Shown one piece after another: positions 35,700-48,527 of a stretch of 64,000 nt of DNA. The stretch is from Octopus vulgaris (lineage: Eukaryota): contig OX597816.1 of the NCBI GenBank assembly GCA_951406725.2, positions 173,910,001 to 173,974,000 of the forward strand, read 5' to 3'. The notes below the pieces were generated by a model. That model was given only the letters and a program-made list of their open reading frames with translations, had not been told where the DNA came from and did no database searches. Position numbers and translations under genes: made by a program. Within the stretch, counting starts at the first letter, position 1. Each line of letters begins with the position of its first letter.

Positions 35700-36465
35700 T
35701 TTTCAAGTTGAAATGAATCCATGTAAAGTATGAGGGACTTTATCTGAGAGGCTTAATAGACCTTGGTCCACTGTACAAGATCATCTCAAGCAGACTCAAG
35801 GGAATGGGGAGACTTCTTGAGCTGTCCACCAAGAATATAGTATTAAGTTCAATAATTTGCTCATGAAGACTGCACTGAAAATCCAGTTCCAACATTCAAC
35901 TAAAATATACACTCAGAGAAGGTTTTGCTGTATGTTTCATGGAATATAATTGATATTGATATTGTTCCCTTTGAATTATTGGAACAAGGGAAAAGTATCA
36001 CCACAAAACTTTATAGTCAACCACTTGAACATATCAATCAAGTTTTACTGAAGAAACAACCAGCTTTAGTCAACAGAAAGGAAGTCATCTTGCAACATGA
36101 TAATGTCTGACCATATTTAGCAAAGGAAAGGTAAATTCATTGGACTTGGAACTTCTACCTCTCACTCCCTATTCACCAGACTTAGTACCATCAGATTTTC
36201 CCTTATTCAAGTCACTTGAACACTTCATCATGGAAAAAAACATTCAGAATCAGGGACCATGTTGAAACAGCACTGTACACATTTTTCTCTTCTAAAGAAC
36301 CTGATTATTTTTGCTCAAATAATCAGGAAACTAATTTTGAGGTGGGGAAATGTTATTGTTAATAGTGGCAATTATATTTTGAATGAATAAATATTTTTAT
36401 GATATGTTTTATGCTGATTTGAACTCATTACAAGAAATGTGACATTACATTTCAGTACCCTTAAT
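35700..36465 (+). mobile_element. Decayed mariner (DD34D) transposon 3' part
   Basis: KVLLYVSWN...FELLEQGKSIT...LVNRKEVILQHDNV*PY, PYSPDLVPSDF.LFKSL; TIR ...CATTACATTTCAGTACCCTTAA|TA. Confidence 0.88.
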
Positions 36466-36514
36466 ATATATATATATACAACTATATAATATACATATAT
36501 ACAACTATATAACT

Positions 36515-38040
36515 AGCTCTTCCAAGTGTGCCTATATCAACACCTCCCCTTTTACCATATTTGAACTAACAGCAGCCACTAAACAACTGAAAGCCTCTAA
36601 AGCATTTGGTCCCGACAACATCCCAGTTATAATTTCACGTACTTTTGCTCAATCTTTGCAATCATACACTTTCCACTTTTATAGCTCCAAAGATTTGGCA
36701 CCAATCTCAAATCATTCCAATACCCAAAAAAGGTGATTTATCCCTCGCCACTAACTACAGGGGTATATCTCTAATGTCAATTGCTGCAAAATTGCATGAC
36801 AAACAGATTCTAAACCGTCTCGTCCCTTTTGTTGAACCTTTGCTCCGAAAGAACCAAAATGGATTCAGACATGGGCGCTCAATGTTGGGCCAAATACTAT
36901 GCCTACGCAGACTCATTGAAGAATCAAAAGCATTTAATCGCAATCTTGCAATGGTGTTTGTAGATCTTTTTAAAGCATTCAACTCTGTAGATAGGTACAA
37001 GATGTTTGAAATCCTTAAGCTCTATGGGATTCCAGACAAAAAATCATCTCTGCCATCAAGGTCCTCTCCACAGATACATCTTCAACCATCTTAACCCCCG
37101 ATGGGGAAACATCATCTTTCTCAATCAAAGCCGGAATACTGCAGGGAGACACACTCGCCCCATTTCTCTTCATCATTGTCGTTGACTACATGCTACGTAT
37201 GTCAGTTGATACCATTTCTGGTAAGGGCTTTGAAATAAAACCTAGAAGAAGTTCCAGACACCCAGCTGAATACTTAACAGACACTGACTTTGCTGACGAC
37301 ATCGCTCTTATCAGTGATTCTCTCTCCAATGCCCAGTCTCTTTTACAATCTCTTGAACAAGCCTCAAATTGTGTAGGTCTTTACCTCAATGAGTCCAAGA
37401 CTGAATATGTAAACAAGTGCCTGTCCAACAGTGATTTCATCATCCATACTCTCAACATGATGCTCTTAAATATGGCTTCTGATTACAAATATCTTGGGTC
37501 ATACATATCATCATCTGAAAAAGATTTTCTAACTAGAAAGGGTATGGCCTGATCAGCCTGTAATGATATGCATAAGATCTGGTCATCAAATCTAAGTAGA
37601 GATTTCAAACTTGAAATCTTCAAAGCCACAGTCAAACCAATTCTGCTATATGGCTCAGAAACCTGAACGTTATCAAAGAAGCTTCAAAGGCGGTTGGCTG
37701 GAACATACACTCGCCTCCTTATGAGAGCTCAAAATCTCTCATGGAGGCACCATCCAACCAAAGTACAAATATATGGGAAACTACCACCTGTATCATCTCT
37801 TGTGAAAGGTAGAAGAGTCAAGTTTGCTGGACATTGTTGTAGAGCTGAAAACAAGCTAATTTCTTCTCTTCTCCTCTGGAAGCCATCTGTTTGCGATACC
37901 AGAGGGTGCACACTCTCCTACCCTGATGTAATCTCCAGAGATACAGGCATCCAGCAACAGGACCTCCGTAATGCTATGATGGACCGTGAAGTCTGGCGTA
38001 GCATGGTAAATTCCATTGTCTCGACCACGGTTGAACAAAA
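36515..38040 (+). mobile_element. RTE-clade LINE, 5'-truncated, RT to 3' end, disrupted
   Basis: AFGPDNIP, NYRGISL, QNGFR, DLFKAFNSV, GILQGDTLAPFLF, DFADDIAL, YKYLGS, FAGHC, MDREVWR. Confidence 0.93.
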
Positions 38041-38297
38041 TAAAAAATAACTAGCTCCATAAACATTCAAATGCTCATACAGAGTATCTTTTGTTTTTAA
38101 TTGTTTCAGTCATTGGTGCTGCCAGGGCACCACTTTGAAGGGTTTAGTTGAACAAATCAACTCCAAAAGTCTGGCACTTATTCTATTGATCCCTTTTGTC
38201 AAACTTCAAAGTTAAGAGATGTAAAGAAACCAACGCTGGTTGCTAAGCAGTGGTGGGAGACAAACACAAACACCCACCACCCATCCACATCACATAT

Positions 38298-38676
38298 ACT
38301 CTTTACTCTTTTACTTGTTTCAGTCATTTGACTGCAGCCATGCTGGAGCACCACCTTTAGTCGAGCAAATCGACCCCGGGACTTATACTTTCGGTCTCTT
38401 TTGCCGAACTGCTAAGTGACGGGGACGTAAACACACCAGCATCGGTTGTCAAGCAATGCTAGGGGAACAAACACAGACACACAAACACACACACATACAC
38501 ATATATATATATACGACAGGCTTCTTTCAGTTTCCGTCTACCAAATCCACTCACAAGGCATTGGTCGGCCTGGGGCTATGGCAGAAGACACTTGCCCAAG
38601 ATGCCACGCAGTGGGACGGAACCCAGAACCATGTGGCTGGTTAGCAAGCTACTTACCACACAGCCACTCCTGCGCC
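38298..38676 (-). mobile_element. SINE family B
   Basis: Reverse-complement match; an older partial copy lies at ~38090-38270. Confidence 0.9.
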
Positions 38677-38689
38677 TATATAATTATAA

Positions 38690-38950
38690 TTACAATGAGA
38701 GTTAATCTAGAAATGCAGTTTGGTTTTGTGTCATGGAGAACCACTACTGATGCTCTCTTCATAGAACAGCAACTGCAGGAGAAGCATTTAGCAAAAGGCA
38801 AACCACTAGAGAAAGCCTTTGACAGGTTGCCTTACTCACTCTTATGGTGGTTGCTGCAGAAGCTAAGATTAGATGAATGGCTAGTGAGAGCTGTTTGAGT
38901 CATGTTCAGAGATGCTGTTAGCAAAGTAAGAGTTAACAATGAGTACAGCA
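38690..38950 (+). pseudogene. RTE RT fragment
   Basis: MQFGFVSWRTTTDALF...LQEKHL...LEKAFDRLP...WLVRAV. Confidence 0.85.
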
Positions 38951-38989
38951 CCAATGGCAACAATACTGGAGCAACAATAACATCTCCAA

Positions 38990-39370
38990 GCCTGGAGCAA
39001 ACCAAAGACACACCAATAGTGTGAGCACAACCAATACCCAAGCCTGGAAATATATCAGGTCGGCTAGAACAGCTTTCAAGCGACGCCTGTACAACCACAG
39101 GTCCTTGTTCGGGATCCCGGAAAGCTGATTCTTCACATCCCTGCCCAGCCACATGTGGTGCCTCACAGATGAAGGGACCCCACACGATATCAAGTGGAAG
39201 ATCCTAGAGCAGCCGGGACCCTACATTAATGGGAGCAAATGCGGCAAGATTTGTATTGCTGCGTGAGCAAGGATGCTCAAAGATTTCCTGAAACCTGGAC
39301 CGCTGAATACTCACCAAGAGATTTACATTCCTAGCATCCATTTCAAACGCTATCTGCTGAAAGCATAGGA
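38990..39370 (+). pseudogene. Penelope-like GIY-YIG endonuclease fragment (Hydra-type)
   Basis: KYIRSARTAFKRRLYNHRSLF...TSLPSHMWCL...IKWKILE...YINGSKCGKIC. Confidence 0.75.
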
Positions 39371-39503
39371 TTCCCCATTCTCCAAGTAGACCTGGAAGGG
39401 TCCTTACAATCTAGAAGCATGTATATATATATATATATATATGAACATCTATACATATTCATGTATACTTATACAGCTATACATATACATGTATTCATAT
39501 ACA

Positions 39504-39547
<44 letters not shown>

Positions 39548-39967
39548 CACATCTATACATATTCATGTATACATATACAGCTATATATATACATAATATA
39601 CATAATATATATATTATATATATGTATATATGTATGATTGTATATATGCGAGATAATAGTTTCACTTTAATAGTTTCAATATCAAAGTGAAAGTATTAAA
39701 GTGAAAGCATCTGACATTGCAATAGAGAGATTTTATTGTTTCCCTTTTAACATGTAATACTGAAATAGTGGAGGAGATATGATATTGCTCTGGGCTCACA
39801 CTAGGTAAGAAGTTAAAAAATTTTGGGGGCCTATAACACTACATGGACATGTGTAAGGCATGTGTAAAATTTGAATGAAATTGGTTGTGTAGTTCTCAAG
39901 TTTTAGAGATTCACACATACAGAGAGAGAGAGAGACTCACACACACACACACACACACACACATTCT

Positions 39968-40115
39968 CATGTGACTTAGTGGTTAGAGTGTCAGCATCAT
40001 GATTGTAAGATTGTGGTTTGATTCCTGGACCGGGCAACGTGTTGTGTTCTTGAGCAAAACACTTCAATTCACGTTGCTCTAGTCCACTTAGCTAGCAAAA
40101 ATGAGCAACACTGCA
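39968..40115 (+). mobile_element. SINE family E 5' fragment
   Basis: tRNA-like head and TGTTGTGTTCTTGAGCAA block. Confidence 0.75.
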
Positions 40116-40222
40116 ATAGACTAGTGTTGCAACGTGGAACAGCAACCAATATCTTGGCCTATGTCCCTCAGCTGGGACTATCTGATGAACAGAAAGACTG
40201 ATTTTATGACACTCTTTCGCAA

Positions 40223-42890
40223 ACTAGTGCAGTCTTATCTCATGCACACAACATCTGATGTCGCTTATACTTAGTTTTCCTCTTAAATAATTTTATACTC
40301 TGTCGTGCATGCACACTGATATTACCCACCCAGTAAAGCATGTGAACTTCATTTCTTTTAAGTCCTCTGTAGTCAAAGCCCATGTTTCACTTCCATGTAA
40401 CATAGCTGTATGTACACAGGCATCATACAATCTGCCTTTCACTCTGAGGGTGAGGCCCTTAGTTATCAACAAAGGTAGAAGATCTCTGAAATTTGCCCAT
40501 CCTGTTCTTATTCTAGCAACTACACTTCCAGAACTTCCTCCACTACTGCTACATTGGTCTCCTAGGTAACAGAAGCTATTTACTACTTCAAATGATACCC
40601 CTGAGCATTTGAGGGAGCCTATTGTCTGTGCATTTTTAGTGCTTATTGTACCTGCACATTTGCCACACACAGACTATATTCTCTGTGAACCTTCCTGTGA
40701 TACCTCTTATATGTCCAAAGCTTGCATTGGGTACAATGTATGGAGTTTCTACAACACCCTTCTTACATATTGAGCAGGGCCATCTCCCAGGAGGGACTTG
40801 TGATTTGTCTGTTTTCTTACTTACTTGGATTTTGGCTTTTGCTAAATTAGCTCTAAGGCCCTTAAATTCCAGGTCATGTTTCCACACCTGAAATTTCTTC
40901 TCTAGGTCAGGTAGGGATTCAGCTTTAAGAACAAGGTCATCAGTATAGAGGATCTTTCAAGGCAGCTTTCTTGAATTCCCTTATTAAGGCCTGAGGGACT
41001 AAGATAAACAGGAGGGGGATGAGAACTAAGCTTTGGTGAACTCCTACTTGTACACTGAATTCATTGCCAACCCTCACCTTACTGGCATCATCCTTGTACA
41101 TGGCTTGTACAACTCTCACTAACCACTCATCTAACCCTAGCTCTTGCATTGACCACCAGATAAGAGAATGGAGGCTCCCATCAAAGGCTTGTCAACAAAA
41201 GCCAGTTACAGAGGTTTATTTTTTAGATAAATACTTCCACTGCAGTTACCTAACCAGAAATATAGCATTAGTTGTACTCCTGCCTGGCACAAATCTGAAC
41301 TGCATCTCATCTACCTAACTCTCTTCTTAATTAATTGAGCTATGCTCCTTTCTGCAACTTTCATCACCTAGTTCAGCAATTTGATTCCTCTGTAATTATC
41401 TCTGTCAAAGGCATCACCTTTGCCTTTGTAGTAGTTGATTATTATGTTGCTCCACCAATTGTTGGGTATGACTCCCATGGACAACTTGATTAACTTTATA
41501 GGTGACTAGGCCATATCCTACTCCACCAGATATTTTAAGCATCTCAGCAGTGATTCCTGACACGATAGGCCTTTTCCTGTCTTCATATCCTTAATTGCTT
41601 TATTTACTAAGCTACTGTTAATTCGGATAGCTAGTCCCCCAGTTAGGTCTATATTTGGTTGACTCTCCTCTCATTCATTCTCTACACTTAGCAGCCTTTC
41701 ATAATGGCATTTCCAAGCATCTTTTTTTGAACAATTGTTAAATGTAAGTGAACCTTCATCCATGCAGACACATTTCTCTCTTATGACATCATGATTTTCT
41801 CTCACACACTGTCTTGCAATCCAAAACATTTCAATCTAAAACATTTCTAGTCCTCACATCACAGAACATTGACAAACTTCTTCTTTTGTTCCTCCCCTGG
41901 CTAAATATATGTCTCCTTCTCTTCTGGTCATCTGATACAGTTCCTGGCTACCATCTTTCTAGGCCTGTTTCTTTTCACTAATGGCTTTGTCAACTACACT
42001 GTTCCACCACCATGTCACCTTAGGTCAAAAAGGGACTTTGCACCAGTCACAAATTTGGTCAGTGGCCCTCAACAGGTTGTCCCGTAGGAACCTCCAGTTG
42101 TCCTTCACATTATATGTCACTATATTCTCCTCTTTTTTGTCAAATACTTCAAGTAACACCTCTCTAAATCTCTGAACATTGAGTGAATCCTTAAGCTTCC
42201 AGATCTTTCTTTTCCACACTGGTTGACTCCTAGGCAACCTTTTAGCCCTGATCCTGAAGTCAACCAACCTATGTTGGAGGACACATTCTTCATTTGAGAA
42301 AGTTTTGGCATTTATAAGCAGCCATCTTTCCCATTTTCTGGTAAGAATGTAGCCAATCTGACTAATGTGTCCACCAGATTGATAAGTGAACAGGTGACTG
42401 GCAGGTTTCCTGAAGTCAGTATTGCAAATCATAAGGTCATTTGCATCACAGAACTCCAGCGACCTGGTTCACTCCTCTTTACAGGAACCAAACCTGTTGC
42501 CACCATGCACACCATGGAGGCCACCCAAATGTTGTCCAACATGCCCACTGAATTCGCCAGTCACAAAGGGTGAAAGAGTGTCATAAAAGAGTGAAAGAGT
42601 GTCTCTTGTGAAAGAGTGTCATAAAATCAGTCTTTCTGTTCATCAGATAGTCCCAGCTGAGGGACATAGGCCAAGATATTGGTTGCTGTTCCACCTTGCA
42701 ACACTAGTCTAAGCTTCAGTATTCTATCATACACTCTGACTACTTCAATTACCTTATCAACCCATTTCTTAACAAGGAAGTATTCTCACACCTCTGACCC
42801 CATCACTTCTCTACCCAGAAGATTTTATATCTATGTTCTTTGCCTTTGAGAAACCTAGCAGAACCTTCTCTCCACCTTACTGATGTGGAA
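40223..42890 (-). mobile_element. Decayed RTE LINE (APE endonuclease, RT and Cys-rich insert)
   Basis: AYVPQLG, SQIGYIL...QHRLV, KGKGDA..R.NYRGIKL, VGVHQ.L, WPCSICKKGV, FCYLGD, MLHGSETW. Confidence 0.9.
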
Positions 42891-43902
42891 GGTGTGGGCT
42901 GGGGGGGGGGGGAGACACAGGGATGGGGGACAGTGTTCTGCATCTGAAAAGGAAGCTTGCATGTATGTTTGGCTGACATATCACAGAAGTACAAATAAGT
43001 TTCAACCTGCATTTACTTCACCACCATTTCATTACCAAATTCACTCGTTAGGCATTAGTTAGCCCAAGGCCATAGCAGAAGATACTTGCCCAAGGTGCCA
43101 CGCAGTGGGACTGAACCCAAAGCTTCTTAACTACACAACAATGCCCACACACTTTTCATACAGAAGAAATCCACCATCAACATGTCAAAATTATTTGTCA
43201 TTAAATGTTAGGCCATTTCACATAAAATATTGACAGAACAAAATACATGGATTCACCCATTGCAACTACTTACAGTAATATAGTGGAAAATGTAATGGAC
43301 AAAAACCAAAAGAAAGACAAACTAAACCAGGAAGAACAGTACTTAGAAGAAGGAGTCTCAAAGACTTCCTCTTTTTTAAGTGTTAAACTAATACAATATC
43401 TGTTAAAATTGCCTTCCTCCGTTGTCTTTTGCCTTTTTATTTTGTTGTTCATTACATTTCCATTATATTTCTAATGCTTAAGTGAACCTCTCACACATAC
43501 ATACACACACACACATATAAGTAATGTAAAATTATTGTCAGTTGTGGCAGGATTGATTTGATAAGCTTGTTGGTGGTGAAACAATAAGTACTTCTGTTTC
43601 AGTCAACTATAATCTTGAATTACTGATATATAGCCACACATTCCATACACACATAGTTTTAATGCAATCCCCATATAATGATAAATCCTCTTGTGATGTT
43701 GCAACATCATAGAGGCCATGCAAAAATATGTCAATTTCTGAGCTAATTATAAGTAGCAGTGCTTGGCTCCTTTCCAATGAGTGAGAGATAAATCCCTATC
43801 TTGGAAGACTATATAGAATATATATGATTTCAACAACATTTTCAGATTTTCAGAAACCTGACTGTAGCATGCATAATTAATAAATATTGTGTATGAGCCC
43901 GG

Positions 43903-44198
43903 GGTTAGATAAGACTTCTTCCCAGTTGATCGTTTTCATCGGGTAAGGCTTAGCTTTTTTGGATGAGCAAAGACTAAGCTTAACGGTAGCTGATACAATT
44001 CTGTGGTCAGAGCCGACAGAACTAAAGGAAGAGTAGGATCTCGAGTTTTATAACACTATTGCACCATTTCTTTCAAAAGATGAGGTAGTCAATTTGTGCC
44101 CTGCTATGCCAGACTTCGCCATGATGGACCGTGAAGTCTGGCTTAGCATGGTAAATTCCATTGTCTCGACCACGGTCGAACAATGATGATGATGATGA
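43903..44198 (+). mobile_element. RTE insertion with an inverted 5' segment
   Basis: 13-bp TSD TGTATGAGCCCGG; 3' end matches 37975-38039 plus (GAT)n; 43903-44102 encodes QIDYLIF...SVGSDHRIV on the minus strand. Confidence 0.85.
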
Positions 44199-44479
44199 TG
44201 TATGAGCCCGGCTGTGTTGTAGGGAAGGACTGGAAGTGGGGAGTATGCAGGTCCTGTCAGAAGTGGGGCCTGTGGGTTCCACTAGAAGGGCTGCAATGGG
44301 CATGCAGAGTCAGTGAGGTGCAATCAGTCAGTTGGTGGTGGACAGCGTATGAGAGCAGACCTGCTTGATGGTTCGGCAGCAGACAGAGCATGTGGACATT
44401 GTGAATGACCTTTCCAGATCAACAGGTAAGACTACCGCAATTCTCCTTCTGCTTCTGTCTTTTCCTTCTTCACATCACA
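44199..44479 (+). repeat. 5' LTR (main part)
   Basis: Aligns over ~280 bp with 47351-47636; its first bases at 43888-43902 were separated by an RTE insertion. Confidence 0.9.
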
Positions 44480-44491
44480 AGCTATTTCGGC
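44480..44491 (+). promoter_or_regulatory. Putative non-canonical primer-binding site, antisense to tRNA-Phe nt 1-12
   Basis: AGCTATTTCGGC abuts the 5' LTR; its reverse complement GCCGAAATAGCT is the 5' end of metazoan tRNA-Phe(GAA). Confidence 0.6.
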
Positions 44492-47350
44492 TCAAAAAAA
44501 AAAAAAAATGATGGGTATGGTCCATGTTTCACATGAGATGGTTCGGCCATTATGTGGCAAGGGAGACATCACCTCACCACTTGGTTGAAAAAAATTAAGT
44601 TGGTGGCAAAATTCCACAGCATAGATGACCTAATGAGTTTCATACCATTATACCTCAATGGATTGGTGTTGGCCCTTTACCTGGAAATGGAAGAGAAGGA
44701 CCAGTTAAGTGCAGAAAAAAATAGAAGTCTCGCTGATGGAGGCTTTTACAGAAGGGCCATTTATGGCATATGGCCGACTGGGGAAAGTGAAGTGGATGGG
44801 TGAACAGGTCAATGTGTTTCCCGACGAAATCGGGAGATTGACCAGACTTGCAGGATACCAAGATGAAGCATTGGAACAAACAGTTAAATTAGCATTTATA
44901 ACAGGATTTCCTGACCAGTCAAACTGCAAAAGCTACTGAATATTCACTCCATTGCGATGAGCGAGGTAATATCTGGGGCCAGAGTCCTCGCCTTGTGTTG
45001 CAGGACAACACCTTTAGCAGTGACTCAACACAAAGAGTGGTGGAGAGGGGTTGAACAAGGAATGTGTGCAACCCTTCAAAGGGCAGTGTTTTCGGTGTCA
45101 GGGTTCACACATGGTGAGAGATGGCTGTCAGTGGACAGTGGAATGGTACTGGAAGGGAGATCCTCCAATGTTGAAAAATGCAGTAGGGGGGATGCCAGAA
45201 GTGAATTTGAGGGAGAGGTGGAATGAGGATCAAGGAAGGCATTCTGATCCCTTGAAAGGAGGAAGTGGAGAGTGGAGTGCTACCACTGATGGCAGTGGTG
45301 CAACTGATGAAGCATAAAGCCAGGTCAGTATTAGATTTCCGAGAGCTGAACAAACACATATTGTGCCATACGGGTGGCGAAGCTATGGACATTTGCAGCA
45401 AAACCATGAGAGAGTGGAATCGTCAATTTGAAGTCGGCATACCTGCAGCTGCATGTGGCTGAGAGACTGGAAATATCAGCTAGTAAGGTACAAGGTTTGG
45501 ACATACTGCCTGACCAGGTTGGGATTTGGGCTGAATTTAGCACCAACGATTATGGCGACAATTCTCAAAACCATCCTGGGAAAGGCAGACAAAGTGAATA
45601 GTGCCACCAATTCCTATACTGATGACATCCTGGTGGATGAGAGCATAGTGTCGGCAAAGGAGGTCATAAGCCACCTGAAGAGTTTTGGGCAAACTGACAA
45701 ACACCAGAGGTGATGGAAGGAGGAGCAACACTGGTACTCAAGCTATGGAGAGACAAGGCTGGTGTGTTGGTGTTGCGGAGACAGTATGAGATCCCAGAAC
45801 TGGGCTCCAAGACGAGTAGGCGGGAACTGTTTTCTGTGTGTGGGAAGCTGCTGGAACACTACCCGATTGCAGGATGGCTCTGCATGCAGCTTCATCAAGA
45901 GGTGAGCTGAAAGAGTGAGGTGGAGTGACAATGTGGGCAAGAAGACAACTGCCACAATGCAAGAAGCCTTGGAGAGAGTGACTGCGGAGGACTCAATAAG
46001 AGGAAACTGGTATGTGCTCAGATTGAAGAATGGGATCGTCTGGTGCGATGCTAGCAGCATAGCAACAGGAGTTGTCCTAGAAATTGGAGGTGTCGTGGTG
46101 GAGCATGTGGCCTGGCTCAGGAAGAAGGACGAATGCAACCACATCAACGTGGTGGAGCTGGATGCTGTGTTGAAGGGACTGAACCTGGCCATGAGGTGGG
46201 GGCTGTGTACCATTGAGATCTGGACCAATTCGGCCACTGTACTTAGATGAGGGGATCAGTGGTCACCGGCGAGTGGAGGGTGTGAACTAAAGGGGACACA
46301 GAGATGCTGATAAGATGCCATTTGGGAATTCTAGGTGAGCTAGCTGCTGAATTTGACCTGAGGCTGATTCTGGTTTTTGTGCCCTCTGAGAAGAATAGAG
46401 TGGACGTCCTGACCAGAGTAAAGAAAGCCTGGTTGCAGGTGCCAGAGGATCTGAAGCAGGGAGTAGCTGCAGTGTGTTAACTGAGTGACTTGGAGCTGAG
46501 GAGACTGCATACCAGTGGAACACAACTGGAAATGACTGGCAGTGGACATGACACACTACCAGCAGAGGACATACCTCTCGATGGTCGACTGCGGACCAGG
46601 GCGGTTGGTCATATGGAGGGAGATGAAGATGGGGATTGCAGAGGAAATCACAAGAATACTAAATGAGATATTTCTAGAATGAAGCCCTGTGGATGAGCTG
46701 CTTGTGGACAACAGCACTGAATTTCACTTGGAGGTGCTGAGGGAAATGCTTAACAAGTGGCATGTTAGCCAGTTCTTCAGGGCAGCATACCGGCCAAGTG
46801 GCAATGGGGTTGTGGAGAGGCATCATCCCACCATCAAGACCATAGCAGAGAGGGGCCACATCTCACTGTTTTTGGGTATAATATGTCACCCAGGTGGGGA
46901 CAGGCTGAGGAGTCAGTGTCACACAGGGCAATATTCAAATATGAGTGGAGGCATCCATATACTACATTGCCACAACCCACAGAAGAGAAAGAGCATGCCT
47001 TTGTGCAGGTCAAGGAAGAAGTCTGGGTTAAACTCCCAAATGCGCAGTGCACATCACAATGGGAAAAGGGGACAATAACATCTGTAAATTTGGGGATCGA
47101 TGTGTCCATAGATGGCATGCCACATCATGTTTTGGATGTTCACAGGATCATCAATGCGATGGAAGATGGAGCCAACAGTAAAGGCGCTACATGCTAGGAA
47201 CTGAGGCCAGTCCTGAAGTCCCACGGCAGTCACAGAGGGAGCGGCGCCCTCCTCACTGGTTGGCTGATTATGAGACAAGTTAAGGTGTGTGGTGAGGGTT
47301 GAGGAGAAGGTGTGGACTGGTTGGTTGAGTGATCTTCAGATCAAGGGGCT

Positions 47351-47636
47351 TGTGGTGTTGAGCCAGGTTGTGTTGTAGGAAAGAACTGGAAGTGATGGAG
47401 TACGCATGTTCTGTCGGAAGTGGGGCCTTTGGGTCCCACTGGAGGGGCCGCCGTGGGCATGCAGGGTTGGTGAGGCACGAGCAGTCAGTTGGCAGTAGAC
47501 AGTATATGAGATCGGACCTGCTAGACGGTACAGTTGCAGACAGAGCATGTGGACATTGTGAGTGACCCTTCCAGATCGACAGGTAAAACTACCGCAATTC
47601 TCTCTCTGCTTCCATCTTTTCCTCCTTCGCATCACA
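47351..47636 (+). repeat. 3' LTR
   Basis: TGTGGTG...CATCACA, preceded by a short purine tract AAGGGG. Confidence 0.9.
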
Positions 47637-48121
47637 AATATATTAGTAATATTTTAATTATATTAAATATAATAATTAATACATGATTGAAATACATAAC
47701 AGAATGGCTTGACGTGGGTTTGAACTAGAGACCTATTTTGCTTGTAGTCCAATATTATATCAATTTAACAACTTCATACTTTCTATTGTGTGGAAAAACA
47801 TTACAGTATACCTTAAGAAATACTATTACAGTTGTATAAGGTTAGAGACAAAAGGATAGAATAGTAGCAGGTACCAAATTTTTTCAACACCAATATACCA
47901 ATAGATTCTGTAGAAATCTACCCTGAAGCATTATACTTCATTCATTGTATGAGATTACAATGGTCACTGCATCAGATTTTTTTACATTTTAAATGGAATT
48001 TGAAGAGAATAATAGACTCATCCTATGCACTGATGAGCCTTGGTACTCCAGACTTGTATAAAGAAGAGAAAAAGAATATTGTGCATGGAAAGGGAAAAAA
48101 TATAAGCAAAAAGCACCAACA

Positions 48122-48527
48122 GGCGCAGGAGTGGCTGTGTGGTAAGTAGCTTGCTAACCAACCACATGGTTCCGGGTTCAGTCCACTGCGTGGCATCTTG
48201 GGCAAGTGTCTTCTGCTATAGCCCCGGGCCGACCAATGCCTAGTGAGTGGATTTGGTAGACGGAAACTGAAAGAAGCCTGTCGTATATATGTATATATAT
48301 ATAAGTGTGTGTGTGTGTGTGTGTGTTTGTCCCCCTAGCATTGCTTGACAACCGATGCTGGTGTGTTTACGTCCCCGTCACTTAGCGGTTCGGCAAAAGA
48401 GACCGATAGAATAAGTACTGGGCTTACAAAGAATAAGTCCCGGGGTCGATTTGCTCGACTAAAGGCGGTGCTCAAGCATGGCCGCAGTCAAATGACTGAA
48501 ACAAGTAAAAGAGTAAAAGAGTAAAGA
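48122..48527 (+). mobile_element. SINE family B, full length
   Basis: Intact head, body and (AAAGAGT)n tail. Confidence 0.93.

Larger units (their letters stand above)
43888..47636 (+). mobile_element. Complete but decayed Ty3/Gypsy LTR retrotransposon
   Basis: LTRs 43888-44479 (interrupted) and 47351-47636, TGTG...CACA ends, 5-bp TSD AATAT; gag with CFRCQGSH, RT (VLDFRELN, TRLGFGLN, YTDD), RNase H (WCDAS, HINVVELDA), integrase (DNSTEF, GNGVVERHH). Confidence 0.93.

Noticed and set aside
43247-43474. 75-aa ORF with a hydrophobic C-terminus
   Set aside because: Lies in an imperfect inverted repeat (43274-43320 / 43422-43468); no recognisable domain or splice context.
43888-44494. Tf1-like self-priming of the Gypsy element
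   Set aside because: Only TGAGCC (6 nt) at the extreme LTR start is complementary to the PBS region; the tRNA-Phe match is longer and exact.
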